Below the pieces are notes generated by a model that was given only the letters and a program-made list of their open reading frames with translations, ran no database searches and was not told the origin of the DNA. DNA of 64,000 nt. It comes from Vulcanimicrobiota bacterium. GTDB taxonomy: Bacteria; Vulcanimicrobiota; Vulcanimicrobiia; Vulcanimicrobiales; Vulcanimicrobiaceae. The stretch spans positions 128,001-192,000 of the forward strand of contig CAWGBN010000005.1 of NCBI GenBank assembly GCA_963820825.1, in the 5' to 3' direction. Below are positions 62,463 to 64,000 of the stretch, piece by piece; the first letter of the stretch is position 1; each line of letters opens with the position of its first letter. The position numbers and the translations under genes are program-made.

Positions 62463-63413
62463 TCGCTCGAGCCCCGAACGCTCCAGATCATCAGCCGCGC
62501 GAGCGCGTTGACGACGATGCTCACGACGAACAGGATGAGTCCCAGCTCGATGAGCGCGCTGATGTAAATGTTGGTCGTCGCTTCGGTGAACTCGTTGGCG
62601 ATGACGCTGGCCAGCGTATACGACGGCGCGAAGAGCGACGCCGAGATCTCGCGGCCGGTTTCCGATCACCATCGTCACCGCGATCGTCTCACCGAGCGCG
62701 CGCCCCAGCGCCAGGACGCACGCGCCGAAGATGCCGACGCGCGCCGCCGGCAGCACGACGCGCGTGGCCGTCTCCCATCTCGTCGTGCCCAGCGCCATCG
62801 ATGCTTCGCGCAAGTCGCGTGGAATCGCGGCGATGACGTCGCGCGAGATCGCCGTGACCGTCGGCACGATCATCAGCGCGAGGATGATGCCGGCCGTCAG
62901 CAGCCCCACGCCGTAGATCGGGCCCGAGAAGAGCGGCGTCCAGCCGAGAACTTTTTGCAAGCACCGGCCCGATGGTCGTGCGCACGAACGGGCGCGAGCA
63001 CGAAGAGTCCCCACAGTCCGTAGACGACGCTGGGCACCGCCGCCAGCAGCTCGATCATGAACGAGAGCGGCGCCGCCAGCCAGCGCGGCGCGAAGTCGGC
63101 GAGGAATACCGCCGCCATGATCCCGACGAACGCGGCCAGGACGATCGCGATCAGCGACGTCACGACCGTGCCGTAGATCATCGGAAGCGCGCCGAACTTA
63201 CTGGTGACCGGATCCCACGCGCTCTTCCAGATGAACGAGGGTCCGAAGGCAACGATCGACGGCCACGAGCCGAGCACCAGCTCGACGAAGAGCGCCGACG
63301 ATCAGCAGCGCAAACAGAATGCTCCCGCCGTAGACGACCGCGGCGAAGCCGCGGTCGGCGGGGCTAACGAATCGCGCGACGCGCCGAAATCGCGGCTCCG
63401 TCCCAGCCGTCAT
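62459..63413 (-). CDS. pstC: phosphate ABC transporter permease (indels)
   Basis: WDP...[42 protein letters not shown]. Confidence 0.9.
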
Positions 63414-63419
63414 GCCTGC

Positions 63420-64000
63420 GCCGAAGCGTACCGCTGCATCTGGCGAAGCGTCGCCGACGGCGGCGTTCTGCACGTTCACCGGAAGCGGAACGTAGTCGAC
63501 CGACTTCGCATTCGATTGCCCCTGCGGTCCGACCAGCCACGTCAGCACGTCGTAGAGCATCTTGCCGCGCGTCTTGTCCGCCGGCTTCTTGTAGACGACG
63601 ACCCACGAGTAGCCCGAGATCGGATACGAGTTCGCACCCGCTGCGTCGACGATCGAGAAGTTCGTCGCGCTCACGTTCGGCTTCGTCGCCGCGGCCGCGG
63701 CGCACGGTCTCCGGCGAGCAGGCGACCCACTTGCCGGCCCGGTTCTGCAGCGTCGCCGCCGGCATCTGGTTCTCAAGCACGTAGGCGAGCTCGACGTAGC
63801 CGATCGCGCCCGGCGTGCTGCGGACCTGGCCCGCAACGCCTTCGTTGCCCTTGGCGCCGACGGCGCTCGGCGCGGGCCACGAGACGCTCTTGCCGGTTCC
63901 GACCTTGCTCTTCCACTCGGGCGAGACGTGGCTCAGGAAGTCGGTGAAGATGTAGCTCGTCCCCGATCCGTCGGAGCGGTGAACGACGACGATCGGCATG
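63420..64000 (-). CDS. pstS: phosphate-binding protein, 3' part (runs off the window)
   Basis: [37 protein letters not shown]. Confidence 0.92.

Noticed and set aside
1..64000. Long overlapping Arg/Ala-rich alternative-frame ORFs (e.g. 16991-18505, 46311-47528, 42906-44216); also CRISPR, rRNA, transposase and prophage genes
   Set aside because: Shadow ORFs are expected at this GC content and overlap better-supported genes. No repeat-spacer array, rRNA, transposase or phage gene was recognised.

Overview
High-GC bacterial chromosomal window. The gene content and the many paralogous Cys-lipidated beta-propeller-like and phosphoesterase lipoproteins suggest a soil-type Candidatus Eremiobacterota (WPS-2)-like organism; this is inference only. 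From 1 to 39 kb it is mostly housekeeping: rfbB/rfbA, csrA, cysC-sat, an MsbA-like ABC exporter, photolyase, an ECF sigma/anti-sigma pair, moaA/moeB/moaE/moaD, queG, phoU, crotonase, thiolase, coaD/rsmD, an M16 peptidase, recG, panE and five tRNAs. tRNA-Val(GAC) at 40.15 kb anchors a ~1 kb integrase-less islet, bounded by a 44-bp duplication of the tRNA 3' half. After it come a variable tract of secreted lipoproteins (some decayed), a PHA cluster (phaB-phaB-phaC-XRE regulator-phasin-like gene), four paralogous phosphoesterase lipoproteins and pstSCAB. The best unannotated signals are: (1) a complete leader-peptide attenuator controlling a 65-aa orphan (39.6-40.1 kb); (2) a recurring RGG-N17-CGAA promoter-like motif upstream of six genes, with a TGAA variant at a seventh; (3) an anti-sigma with a TonB-C-like domain; (4) an APS kinase-first CysC-Sat fusion; (5) a palindromic operator over the phasin promoter. 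Blocks at ~22.4-35.6 kb, 47.5-52.3 kb and 59.8-64 kb carry many indels that are very likely sequencing errors, so coordinates there are approximate.
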